Below the pieces are notes generated by a model that made no database searches, was not told the origin of the DNA, and worked only from the letters and a program-made list of their open reading frames with translations. Position numbers and translations under genes: made by a program. 64,000 nt of DNA, taken from Bilabrum cf. latius (lineage: Eukaryota). Position 1 is the stretch's first letter; each line of letters opens with the position of its first letter. This document shows, piece by piece, positions 40,801 through 52,235 of the stretch. The stretch covers positions 806,001-870,000 of the forward strand of contig OZ237740.1 in assembly GCA_965178125.1 (NCBI GenBank). The letters are read 5' to 3'.

Positions 40801-41332
40801 GTTTGCCGACGGTGTCCGTCTGACGGAAGGCCACTGGTACTACGAGGTCAAGATCCGCAACGCGGGGATGGGCTGCATTGGCTGGTCTGATTTGCGCTTC
40901 TTTGGGAAGTGGGCAAGCGACGAGGGAGTTGGTGACGACTCCGAGGGATTCTCCTGGGGGTTTGACGGTTACGCCGGAGTGATTCGGCATGGTGGGAGAT
41001 CGTGGCCGTTTCCTTTGCGGTGGAGGTCTGGGGACCACGTTGGCTGCTCTGTGAATCTGTAGACTGGAGAGGTGCGCTTCGCAATCAACGGTGCTTGGGA
41101 CGCCGCTCCGGTCGCGTTCGGTGGGCGTGACGCAGTCGGAGTCGGAGCCGCGTCGGTCGTCCATTGCATTGCTGGGGGTGGTATTGCGCTTCGGCCGGCA
41201 GTGACCTCGGATTTCAGTCAGCAGAAGGTGTTCGAGGTGCAGCTGTTGTTCAACGAGGCGGGTGACGGGCGAGAGCCTCCTGAGGAGGGCGACGATGCGT
41301 ACCTCCCAGTAGTGCTCTCCGCCGCTGTCTAA
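22809..41332 (+). CDS. Giant multidomain protein (~6098 aa): putative Cys-protease N-terminus, DUF3638/DUF3645 SF2-like P-loop module, EF-hand pair, three SPRY domains
   Basis: Introns 22900-22985 and 23262-23402, then a ~17.9-kb exon in one frame broken only by TAG; ends TAA 41330-41332. Motifs: QIMGGGKSSVIAPLL (Walker A), LLDEVD (Walker B), AVPFVGKDQPSRASEF (DUF3645-like), GFSGTP, YDQIHCTGVDLKLP, QACWRCRGL, VQEQEQEQE. EF-hands DSDGDGYVTEDE and DTNGDGYLDLRE. SPRY motifs GKWYFE, GVGDD, SWAYDG. Confidence 0.9.
34721..34903 (+). repeat. Four copies of an AAEDAFGSPVD-like peptide repeat inside the giant CDS
   Basis: AAEDAFGSPVD, AAESAFGAPVD, AAEDAFGSPVD and AAADAFGTPVV, all in frame. Confidence 0.8.
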
Positions 41333-41417
41333 TTGTCAATGATTTGTAGTCTGAAGCTTTCCTACGTTTGCAATGAAAGTATGACACAAACAGCATTCTC
41401 TAAAATCAAGGGCCGTC

Positions 41418-44400
41418 TTACTCAACGGCCGTTACAAATGAGGACGGGAACCATTTGGCTTGTTGAGGCGATGCTGCCCCACGCACAACTCCTTCCCACC
41501 AGCCCATAGCGTCACGCTGCCGAACCTCCACGATATCGCCAGCGCGCAGCCGCAGTTCTCCGCGCGGATCGTTGGGCAGCCAGTCCGCAATCGCCCTAAA
41601 CAGACCAGGCGCGCTGGTAGCATCAGTGCCTGCATCGAGAGCATTGCCAGAGTCTTCGCCGTGGTTTGGAGGGTCCTGCGCTCCAGCTGATCCGGCGGCA
41701 GCAGCGGGTTCCTTTGCAAGCGCTTCGGGTTTCTTCACAGCCTTGAGCAATCCACTGAGACTCTTCACACCACCTCTTGCGAATGGGTTGGCGGGGGCTG
41801 CCGGTTTGGCGGGCTCAGCTGGTTCAAATTGCTGCGTGTACAGTTTGTCCGTGCCCATGGTTCGAACTGTACCGTCCGTGATGACCGAGTTGCTCGACTC
41901 GTTTATATCAGATGGGGCCATGCCGCCACCACTGGCCTTACTATCAGTATGTCCGCCTGTATTGTCGGGTGCCCCCCCCTGGCTACCGCCAACTGCTGCT
42001 GCATCGAGAGCAACTTTGCCAGTATCGGACTCATAGTCGCTGCGTGAGCTGGACGCGTGCCTTCCACGGATCCGTTCGCGGTCCTCAATCCATTTTCGAC
42101 GCTTGGTTAATGGGGTGGCGAGCTTAGGCCCAGGCGAGATGGAACCTTGGCTGCTGCTGAAGCCCGTCTGCAACTGCTCTGCACTCGATGATCCATTCTA
42201 CTGAGGTTTTCGGAAGGGTTTCTATCCAGAGTCACCAGCGCCACTCGTGGACATAGACCCATCAGCGTTAGGCCCCAGCCGCGTATTGATCAGCAGGCCA
42301 CGGCGCCTGCTGCTGCTGGAGCTTGCTACCCCGCTCCCCTTCGAGCGACCAGCGCTGCTCCCACTGCTTGCTACTGACTTGGCATCATCCAGAGCCTGGG
42401 ACTTCTTGCCTTGATACGTACCGGTCAGCGCAGCAGTGATGCTCTACCGGGTCAACGCGTACTTGTTCTTTGATTTGGATCGTCGCGCGTGGCTGCGACT
42501 GCTTCGAGACATCAAGCTCCTTGCGCTACTTCCCCTGGAGCCTCCGGAGCGATGCCCACCCATCCGAGTGCGGGACCGGAAGCTCCGTGCATCGATATCC
42601 AGTCGAGAGCTACTGGCACCCCCAAGGCGCTGCATCGCCGGAGTTGGGTGCATGACAAGGGTTCGGTTGCCTTCCGCATCGACGACTTCGCCAATACCGC
42701 TTGAGGCCACTGAGGCAGCACTCCCAGCCCCCCTCGCCCGTCCAGACAGACTCCGTCCGCTGAACCCATGCACAAGCGAACGGCTCGAATCTGCATCGAT
42801 CGGCAGAACTCCATCATGGTCAGGAGAAGTCTCTGCTCTGTCATCGCGACCAACCATGGATCGCCTAGGCAGACTCATTCCGTCTTTTATGGCTGCAGGC
42901 ACACCGGAGCTGAGGGATCTACCACTGGACTGCAGCGAAACAGCCGGTTGACCGCCGCCGCCACTCTGGCTACTTCCAGCACCAAGGCTGGAAGAGGAGC
43001 CAGACGGATTTCGCGGGGGCTAACCACTGCTGTTCTGTCGCCTAGGCTCCTTATTTGTCGATGAGGGTGCATCTATTGCTCCCATGTTGTCCCTGTGCTC
43101 CTGGATCGCCTTGGACCACGTGTTGGCACGTGATACCGGACGAGGTTCCTGGCTATCGCCTCGCAATCGCTGCCTTTCAAGCTCTTGCTTCAATCGATCA
43201 AGTTCGAGAATCTCCTCTGGGGTGGCAAATCCTTCCGCGTTGCGCTTCTACAAAGCTCGCAGGCGCTGCTCCAGATCAGAATCTATCGAGCCACGAGCCG
43301 GGGTTCCTCTTCCCCTGGATGAGGAAACTGCGCTGGATGCGTCCTCTCTGCCGAGTTCGGGCATCATCCAGCGCTCCAAGGGGTTGTCAGGTGATGAGGC
43401 CTGGGACATGCGCCTAGCTGCCTCGGCTTCCAGCACAGCAGCTCTCGGAGGCACAGGGGGCGCCCGTTTGGGAGGCCCCGTTGAACCTGTCCCCTAACCG
43501 ACCTGGTCTGGATCCAAGGAGTCGCGGTGTGCCTTGCCGAGCGGCGTGCCTGCAATACCAGTAGCGTACGCAGTAGTGGTTTGCGATTCCGTTGAGCTTG
43601 CTCGATGCCTAGTTGCTACGGTGTCACCACCGAGCGACCGCACGGGCGGACCGGGTGGAGACCGCATGTCCCTACGCAGGGAAGCTAGGTCATCCATTCC
43701 TTGCAGTCTCTATCGCAAGGAAGCTTCGGCATGTGAACCTCCGCCTATTCCAGTCATCATCTGAGCAGCCAGGCCGTCAGGATCCCCTCGGACACCGAGA
43801 CCGAGGTGACCGGAACGGAGAATCGCGCTCGGGAGGTGGCTCGTGCCTAAAGGCAGCGCTAGGTCAGCTGGGGCTCTCCCGAGAATCTCAGTGAATACCT
43901 GACGGATAAGCTTCTGGTTGCCCCGTCTGGTTCGTCTGCTGCCTCCCAGCTTGCGCACGAGAGCTCTGCGCTGCTTCATCACTTGCCTCCCGACCGCCAG
44001 TACCTTCTCTAGGATCCGCATCCTCCTCCTGCGCGGCAATCCGAACCGCTTACCATCATTGTCAGATGCAGAGCCACCTTTGCTCTCCCCAGGGTCAGTC
44101 TGCGCTTCTGCTTCTTGCTTACGAGAGGTCAAGGCTGGAGACACCCCCTCCTCCTCATCATCGTCATCGGCCACCGCCGGAGATTCTCCAGTCGACGAGG
44201 CCAGGGCAGCAGCGACCTTGGATTTCTCAATCTCTTCCAAACTGGCCCTGCGTCGCTGCCTTCTCGCCTTTTCAACGGAGTCCTCATCGCTGTCATCCTC
44301 TCCATTGCCGCCAGTGTCTGTCTCCTTGCCCTCAAGCACGGCGACGGGCAGTGCAGTAGAACCACGCCTTGCTTTAGGTGGTCTGGTCTGGGACGCAGGA

Positions 44401-47400
44401 ACAGCATGCGGGTGATTTGGTTCGAATCCCGCCTCTGCATCTCTAATGGCACGCAGATACAAAGTGGCCTTCGTGGATGGAAGGTCACTTCCCGAGTCCT
44501 GTTCCCCTTGTTTGGCCTGCATCTCGTTCCTTCTGTCGCGGAGCAGCTTCACCGCGTGGAACTGGTGCAAGCCCATCAGCGAAAGGTGCCTCTGCCGCTT
44601 GTTCATGTCCTCCCAATTCACACTTCTGGCTCGGCTGCCCTGCCCTATGGCAGTAGTGCGCCTCGACATCGCCTCCACAACGACGGCCGCAAAGTCCACG
44701 TTCCGCCTGGTGGGGGGTAGTACCTAGCCTTCGAGTCTGTACGGAAGTAGCATCTTGAAGACGCAGCCTCGGCCATCCCGCCTGTAGTTATACGAAACCT
44801 CTGTTCCGATCGTGTCCGCGAGCCGGATCGCCAAGAAGAGAGAGAGCCCGTACTTGGACCGCATGTGCATGTGCTCAGGCGGTGGATCGGTGGCAGCGAG
44901 AGACTGGAGTCCGGAGAAGAGCCTTACTGCTTGGTCAGAGTCCTCTTTCTTGGACGTGTCAAGCACTTCCACCGATAGAGTTTGCGGTGCATTTGGCCAG
45001 TTCGTCACTTTCACCTGGATTGAGCCATCAGTCGTAAGCTCTGCAGAATTGGCGAGCGCCGTCGCGAGGATTCGTTCCACTCGAACTGCGTTCACCACGA
45101 TGGCCTGTGGCACCCCCTTCCCTAGATTGGCGAGGATTTTGACCTTGGCCCTGCTTCGGACGGACTCGAGTGCGTCTTGCAAAACGTGATTGATTGCCAC
45201 CAGCTCCTCTTGCCCAGCAATTTGCTTGGCTTCTTCGAGGGCTGCAGACTTGGCTGCAGCAGCCCGCATCTTTCGGTGCATCGTAGTACGCCTCACAGAG
45301 GTAGTGGACGGCAATCCACCGTCCAGCACTGATCTTCCGTCTGTCAGATCACTTTCTGTTCCCGACTCACTCGACGCATCAGATGGGTCCTTAAGCCGAC
45401 CTGCCTGGACCGGATCACCTGCCATGACCACTGTGTACGCTTGCATATCCACGACCATCTGAAGTGCGTGCATCGAGGCACTCGACAAATACATTGCATC
45501 CTCGATAGCATCATGAGATGCGTTATGGTCGGCTGAGAGCAAGTCAAGCAACCCTTGGGACACATTGGCAACACCATGCAGCGGATTCACGAGCTGCTCG
45601 CAGATGACTCGAAGAGAGCGCTTATATCCACGCACTGCGATGGCTGCTGCTGCGAGGTACTCTTGCCATTTGTTCAAAGCCAGCTTGGCTTGTATGTCCT
45701 CCCCGACATCGCGTTCATAGCCGACAAGCCGTACGAATGAGGGATCGACGCGTGACTTCGAGCCAAACATCTTCGCGGCAGCATCATCGGACGAGCTGCT
45801 GGCTTTCCCACCGTGGTCACTCTTCCTGCCGCCTGGCGTCTGCTAGCCGTCAAGCTCCGAAATGCTTCCCATAGGTGTCGCAATGCCTCCGGACGCAGCG
45901 GCCCTGTCGTCCATGTAGACTACAGTTCCGCAGAACTCGACCCAACAAAATGACAGATCTTTCCTCTGCCTCCGGAACTGCAGCGATACCTTGTCCCGTC
46001 GCGCCTTGAACGCAGCTCTGAGCTTAGACCGGATGCTGGAGCGGTCCGCGGGGTGCACCCCACGAATGCCTCCCATCCCGAGATGCCGGGTCTGTTTGGC
46101 ACCCGTGCCAGATGGTGACCCTGCGTCGGTCGCTTCCTCGGGAAGACCGATGCCGAGAACGAATCGCTTCTTGCCGCGAGATGCAGTCGGCGTGCGAGCC
46201 ATCGGGGTCTTGCCCTTCTCCCGCGATCTGCCCTTGCGAAATTTCGATCCATGGCTCGCCACGCTACCAGGGGTTACGGGCTAGATCTATGAAGCGGAGG
46301 GCACGACATCAGAGGAGCTGTTTCCACCGGAACCGCCCGGCCCGTAGCTGGTCGATCGGAGACTAGGTCCACGCGTCTCGCTGTCAGATCCCGACAAGGA
46401 CATCGCCGTCATGACTCGGCCAGCAACTACTGAGCTGCTGCCACCTCTTCCTGCACCATTCGACGACGACTACCCCGCGCCTCCTGACGAGAATCCTTCC
46501 CATGCATCAAGAGACCAAAGCCCGTGAGCATTCACAACTGGCAATTCCTTGCCTAGTAGCTCCATCGGAGTGTACCCAGTTAGCGGCTGTGTCGCGCCAG
46601 CAACGCTGCGCATCGCAAACCTGCCATCATAGACGCACAGCATCGTTGGGGAGTAGGACAAGAGAGCGTCAACCGCACGAGCAAGCAATTTATCGCCTCC
46701 CATGGAAACCCGTGGCGACGAATTCTGGTCTGACCCAGACCCGGACTGAGCAGGATGATGCCGCCCTGGCGTAATATTGCCAAAGGTGGATTCCTACTGA
46801 CCACGGGATAGCTCCGACACACTCGTCACAGAAGCTAACGACGGGTTGCTGGAGATAGCTGCTCTTGCAGGCTGCTGCTCCTGACCATGTGCTTTCTCGT
46901 CTGCCGGCGCGGTCTGATGCGCGCTAGCTGCAGTAGCATTGCCGCTGGGGCGCTGCTTCGGAGTTGGCAGCGGTGGCTTGTCCACAGCCAGCAGCTAAGG
47001 CTCCGTGGTTAGCCTGCCGCGCCCTGCGAATACAGCACGTGGCTGTCCATTGTGAACCAGCTGCCTTTCCGATGCTGACCGGTGGAATGACTGCACTGCC
47101 ACGCCCGCAGGCATTTTGCCCCCATCGCGACTCCGTGGGTTCGCGCTAGTGTCGCTGCCAGCACCTTTGACGTCGCTCTCCCGCATAGACAGCGATTCTC
47201 GAATACTTTTGGGGGTTTGGGCGTTTCCAGTCAGGTCCAAGCCCTCTGTCATGCTGTCGCTACCTGTACGCAGGGTTCTGATACCGAGATTGGGATACAA
47301 ATTCTGGAGAGAACCAGAACCGTGGTGCAGCACGGGAGAATATGCGGAGGGTGGCAGAAGCGATCTGCCGTGGGAGCGACGGTACATCTCGCCGATGTTG

Positions 47401-50400
47401 AGCAGCGGGCCGACAGGGCTACCTGGAGTTGCCTGAGAGGAAGGACGGGCCGAGTCACCTTCAGCGTGCCCGGTCGTGTCTTTGGATTGAGTTGACATGA
47501 TAAAATCTTGCTTGCCACCGGTCCGCGCGTTCCGCTCAGTGGGCAAGGCAGCAGCGTCACCCACGGTCAGTGCACCGTGCACAGCCCCAACCAGCAGCGC
47601 AGAGTGAAGCCACACGTCCACCAATGACACCATAGTCCATCGCACGAACATGGTTGCGACCAAAACGCCGAGCCGCGGCAACGCCAACACTATCCAGAAG
47701 CGAAAGGCCGTTGCCGTGGTACTGAGGCTGTTGACAAAGTCAGCGCCAACGGACTCGGACAGACCGTCATCGCCCGACAGAATCTAGAGAGAGACAACTG
47801 AAAACCCCTCTTTTCCTGCGACACAATCAGAACATGATCCATTTCGATTGCCAGTCAGGTAGCCAACTGCACGTTCTGTCGCTACATCCTGCGACTAGGC
47901 AGTACCCCACGCCGAGTGAGGGACAGACTTTGCAACCGAAACATGCGGAAAATGCTGTTGAATCACCGCCAAAGGACCGAATGCTAATATCAAGCCTTGC
48001 AACATGACAGCAAGGAGAACACCAGCAATAATGAGCCCGCTTCCCTGCATGCCAAGACATGACATCGTGCGGCTGTCGACAGGCGCCTCTGTTCGTGGCC
48101 TCAGCGACAGATGTACCCAATCTGCTGCAAGGCTTGCGATAATGAGCAAAAATCCCGTACAAGTAGCGAGATAAATGCCGCTAGTAGTGCTGACAAACAT
48201 CGGATCCGAAGCGCTTGAAGCTAGTGCGAGCGGAGACGAGCACATCGAGGGGTCGCCTTTGCCCTGCATTGCCGACGAGCACGGGTGCAGCAACCGCGTG
48301 ACTGTCCCAGCCATCAATGGCACCAAACTTAGCAGCAATAAACCGAGCCAGACCAACGATGGAGACCACACCACGGGCCCGCTGTGAGGACGTGGTGATG
48401 AAGGCTTGCTTGTAACCAAATACTGCTCCTCAGAGTCGTGCCCCCCTGCTGTTCCAAGCATCATCGACTCCTGGCTCTCATGCCTGGATGCGACTACCTC
48501 CTGGTGTTGGGGCCTTGGAAAGTCTCGAAAGGCCAGAGCAACGGCACCGCCAGCGGCATCACTAGGTATGCCAGTTGCGGTAGCGATTTCGTGGGTACCA
48601 GCGTGCCCCGGGACGGTGTCCACGTAATCGCTGGACTGCTTGGCTGCTATCGATCCCCCTTGGTACTGCCTGGCTCCGTCAAACTCCGGCTTGACGTAGG
48701 TGTGTCTGCTGCCTTGACATCTGCACTAGCAACACGCTCCAAGTGCGGCAGATATTAAACAAAGCAACACGCAAGAGACAGACACGACTGTGGCTGCCAG
48801 CAAGCTGGTGTGTCGATCACCAGCACTCCCAAGCGCAGCTTCAGGGATTCCAAATACCAGTAGCAGCAGGGCATCAGATACCAATACCACTGCTGACAGC
48901 ACAGCTACGGCAAGGACGACTTGCTACAGCATTGCTCGCTCGATACCTTGCACAGCTAGCAAGCCTAGGTGGCTCGTCGCTGCCCTAGCCTGCGAGGCCC
49001 AACCGTAGTCAATCTTTCGTGCCAATTGAATGCTCCCTAGAACCAAATCAAGCAGCCCTGCTGTAGAGAACTCGTTTGCCAAGCGAGCAGCATCTGCAGA
49101 AGCGGCAACTTCTGCCACGTTGAGCTGTGGTACCTGAGCGTCTGCCGCTGATGCATCCAACCCTACCGCAGAGACGTCCCCATCTTGGCTTTCCTGCATC
49201 CCCCCTAGTCTTGCACTGGGAGAACCATCCTGCTCATCAAAACTGGATCCCGCTGTGACGTTCTCCTCCGTGGACAGTCGGCCGTGCTACTACCCAACGA
49301 TGGTCACAGGGATGCCTTCTTGCAGGGCAGGAAGCACCTTACGCAGCTCGCCGGCCGACGTCTCCTCCCTCGACGCATTCAGAACGTCCGGTTCATTGGT
49401 CGTGCCGTCAGTATCGTACATCCCTTTGTTTCTGTGCATGTCTGACAGGATTCGATGCGGTGTCAGTCCTCCTTGCTTGCTCGGTATGGTCCTTGCACCA
49501 CTCTGTGCCTTGTCTTGCGAGGCGCCGGAGTTCTCCCCAGAGCCACCGCTGCTTCCCAGCGAACTGCTCTTCATCTTTGTCTCTGCACTGCCTGAGCCTT
49601 CAAAGGACGGGTTGAAACGCTTCGCCAAACCGACGTAGAGCCCTTCTGCGGCTGCATCCGCCTGCACCTCGCTAAAGGTAAGGCCTGCTTCGCCCCTGTT
49701 GTGATCCGTTGCTCGCTGCATGTGCCCTCCAGGCATCGTGGATGGCAACAGCATTGACTGCTCTGATCTTGCTGTACCGACTCGGCTGCCACCAAACCTT
49801 GAAGACATGTCACCGGCGGTGGAAAAGGAATCCAGCGACTCAGGGCGATACCCGGGCTAGTCGGTATGCATGTCCTGTTCTGTGCCCGCTGGCACATCCT
49901 CGCTAGCGTTCAGGCGACCCGGAATTTGCAGCTGAGCTGCAGTGCTGGTATGACCAGCCCTCATCCCTGCCATCGAGCCTCTGCCTGTGCTGCCTACAGG
50001 CAAGGTGAGGTAAGAGCTAGTGTCGCTCTGCAGCCGCCTGCGATTCCCGAGCTCATCGTCGATCGAGGCAGAGCCAGTGGAAGGAGTGTATCCTGCCTGC
50101 ATGCCCGCTGGAGAATCAAAATCTGAGGATTGTGCCATGGCTTGTCGCTGCGGTGCTGCAGACACCATGACGAGGGCGCTCATGCCAGCCGCGTGCTGCG
50201 TCCTCGAATGGTGCCTCGGGCGGGTGGCAGGCGAAAGACCCGGGCTAGGATGCGGATAGGACGGAGCAGATTCCTCCATTGACTGATCTGTTCGGGGCCT
50301 GCGGCTCGATGGGGCGCTGTCTTGCCTCGACCGATGCGTGGTGCCCCCCCCGCTTTGCTGCGGCGGCGCCGAAATAGACCCATCTCTTGCGCTCTCAATG

Positions 50401-51086
50401 CGACTTCGATCGTCGGATGCTCGACCATCTTCTGCGTGCCTTTCACTTTCAGGGGAGCCGATCCGGCGCGGCAAGACTAGTTGTGTGAGGTCGCTGGCGC
50501 TATCTGAGCGTTGATCATCGTGCCGCCCGCGGCTCCCGCGTGCTGCAAGTCGTTGAACCTGCGCAGCTGGTGCCAGGCTCCGACTAGATCGATCCAGTTT
50601 GGATCGCTATCCTGTTGCAAACTATCGAGCACTCTCAATCGCAGCTTGCAAAGCTATGGAGTTGCCAGTTCTACTTCTGAATGAGCCGTTCGTATAGAAA
50701 GACTTGCTCTCTTGGTTTGTTGCTTGCGATCGAACGCTGCCAGACTGATCGAGCCGAGCCCGACTTTCAACCGAGGAAGATTTCTAGGCAGATCCCGTGT
50801 CTGCGCGTGGTTCGTCGTTCTAATTGGGCTCGTGCGACGCTGCACCACCACTTTCGGCCTGGTCCGCAATAGCGTCTGCGGTACCGATATCACGGCCCAA
50901 TCCATCCTGCTGGTGAATGTTTGATGCAGGACGACTATCTGAAGCCTCTTGAGGACTTGTGTGCTGCTTAGAGGTCGTAGTCTTCGGAGTTGAAGGAATC
51001 AGGCTGGGCCTTTGCACCTTCTTCTCTAGAAACCGCTCAGTCCTGTCAAGGAAAGAAGATATTGACGAGCGTTTCTCAAGACTCAT
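41418..51086 (-). CDS. Multi-TM, PAS, degenerate histidine-kinase and C-terminal SH3 protein (~3222 aa)
   Basis: The minus-strand ORF fragments ending at 41418, 42444, 43248, 43494, 43710, 44724, 45843, 46470, 46794, 46995, 47895, 48924, 49290, 49857 and 50820 share one frame; the gaps I read contained only TAG. Several TM segments (~47550-49050), PAS-like LTGYTPMELLGK, HisKA/HATPase-like fold (44724-45700) and SH3 FRAIADW...ELRLRAGDIVEV...GWWEG...WFPSSFV, then TAA. Confidence 0.8.
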
Positions 51087-51525
51087 TGTGTTGATTATTG
51101 TGGAAGCATTAACTATCTTTCTTGCTAGCTATGCAGTGCAGAGCAAGGCAGGTTCCGCTACCACGTTTGCGCCGCCGGCGTCGACTGAACGAACATGGTC
51201 GCATTGCTCGGCAACAACCGTTTCATGGTCCCACATGCACTTTAGCACACAATGATGTCACTATGATATCACGGAGCCGCAGCACGCGCCCGTGTCATGC
51301 CTCTGGAACTTGAACAGTCAATGTGACTGTCCAAGGGACCTCCCTCCCTCCCTCCCTCCCTACCCCAACAATGGACCCGATTCACGACAAGGCGCTGATA
51401 TTATGGTCCACTCAAACCTCAAGGCAAGCATTTCTACCTGCATCTAGGAAAGAAATACAGGATGCTTGAAACTTAATGAAGGCACTGCTTGGCGGCAACG
51501 CACCAGGCGCCTAATAAAGGTGATG

Positions 51526-51613
51526 GGCTCAGCTTGCAGTTAAAAATGTATAGAAGTCAGCACGGTGCTAAGGCACTCTGACAGCTCCAGTAAATACACG
51601 TATCCTCATCGCC
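51526..51613 (-). ncRNA. Putative box C/D snoRNA, copy 1 (two 18S rRNA guides)
   Basis: Minus strand reads ggc-g-ATGAGGA (C-like), TACTGGAGCTGT-CAGA (D'), GTGC-CTTA-GCAC hairpin, GTGCTGA (C'), TTTTTAACTGCAAG-CTGA (D), gcc. Terminal GGC/GCC stem. Guides are complementary to 18S motifs UUGCAGUUAAAAA and CAGCUCCA. Confidence 0.75.
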
Positions 51614-51854
51614 CAGACTTGAGGAAATCTTGACCAAGCTCACCAGGCGTGTGGGTGGACTATCTGAGCTGCTGCAACACTTGGTCCATAGCATCGTAGA
51701 GCTCGACGATAGGCACACTCTGATGTGAGAATGCAACCATTGCAAAAGACGACTTGCCTGCGATTGATGGTGTGGACCGACGGAATCAGGAGAGGTCGCG
51801 ATGGTGATGTGCGTACCGACTGCGCTCTGCGCCGAGCTGTCGACACTCAGGATC

Positions 51855-51942
51855 GGCTCAGCTTGCAGTTAAAAATGTATAGAAGTCAGCACGGTGCTAA
51901 GGCACTCTGACAGCTCCAGTAAATACACGTATCCTCATCGCC
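51855..51942 (-). ncRNA. Putative box C/D snoRNA, copy 2 (identical 88-bp copy)
   Basis: Exact copy of 51526-51613. Identity stops at the terminal stem and the flanks differ. Confidence 0.75.
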
Positions 51943-52235
51943 AATGGAGTGGAGGGAAAGTGGGGCGTGCGGTCCGCAGCACCCCATCGCAACGTTCGCG
52001 GCTGATCTCACCTTTTGATGATGTCTCCTTCGTAGTACCAAGACTCCTGCACTACCCTCTGGACCCTCGTACTGAATCTTCACTGCGCACTACTGCATTT
52101 TATCGCTGCAGCAGAACTAGAGGTGTCCAGACGCTACCGACCGGGGCCGACGACTTCAAGCGCCGGATTGACTGCATATCAGGTTCGCATATACATTCGC
52201 CGAGCTGGCTGCAGCTGCTGGTTGACCTTGACCAA

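Noticed and set aside
51526-51942. 88-bp direct repeat as a CRISPR array or LTR pair
   Set aside because: Only two copies, too long for CRISPR repeats, no TG...CA ends or target-site duplication seen, and C/D boxes plus rRNA complementarity explain it better.
52016-52076. Plus-strand TGATGA...CTGA as a third C/D snoRNA
   Set aside because: No terminal stem or rRNA complementarity of 10 nt or more that I could identify, and it is on the opposite strand to the supported snoRNAs.
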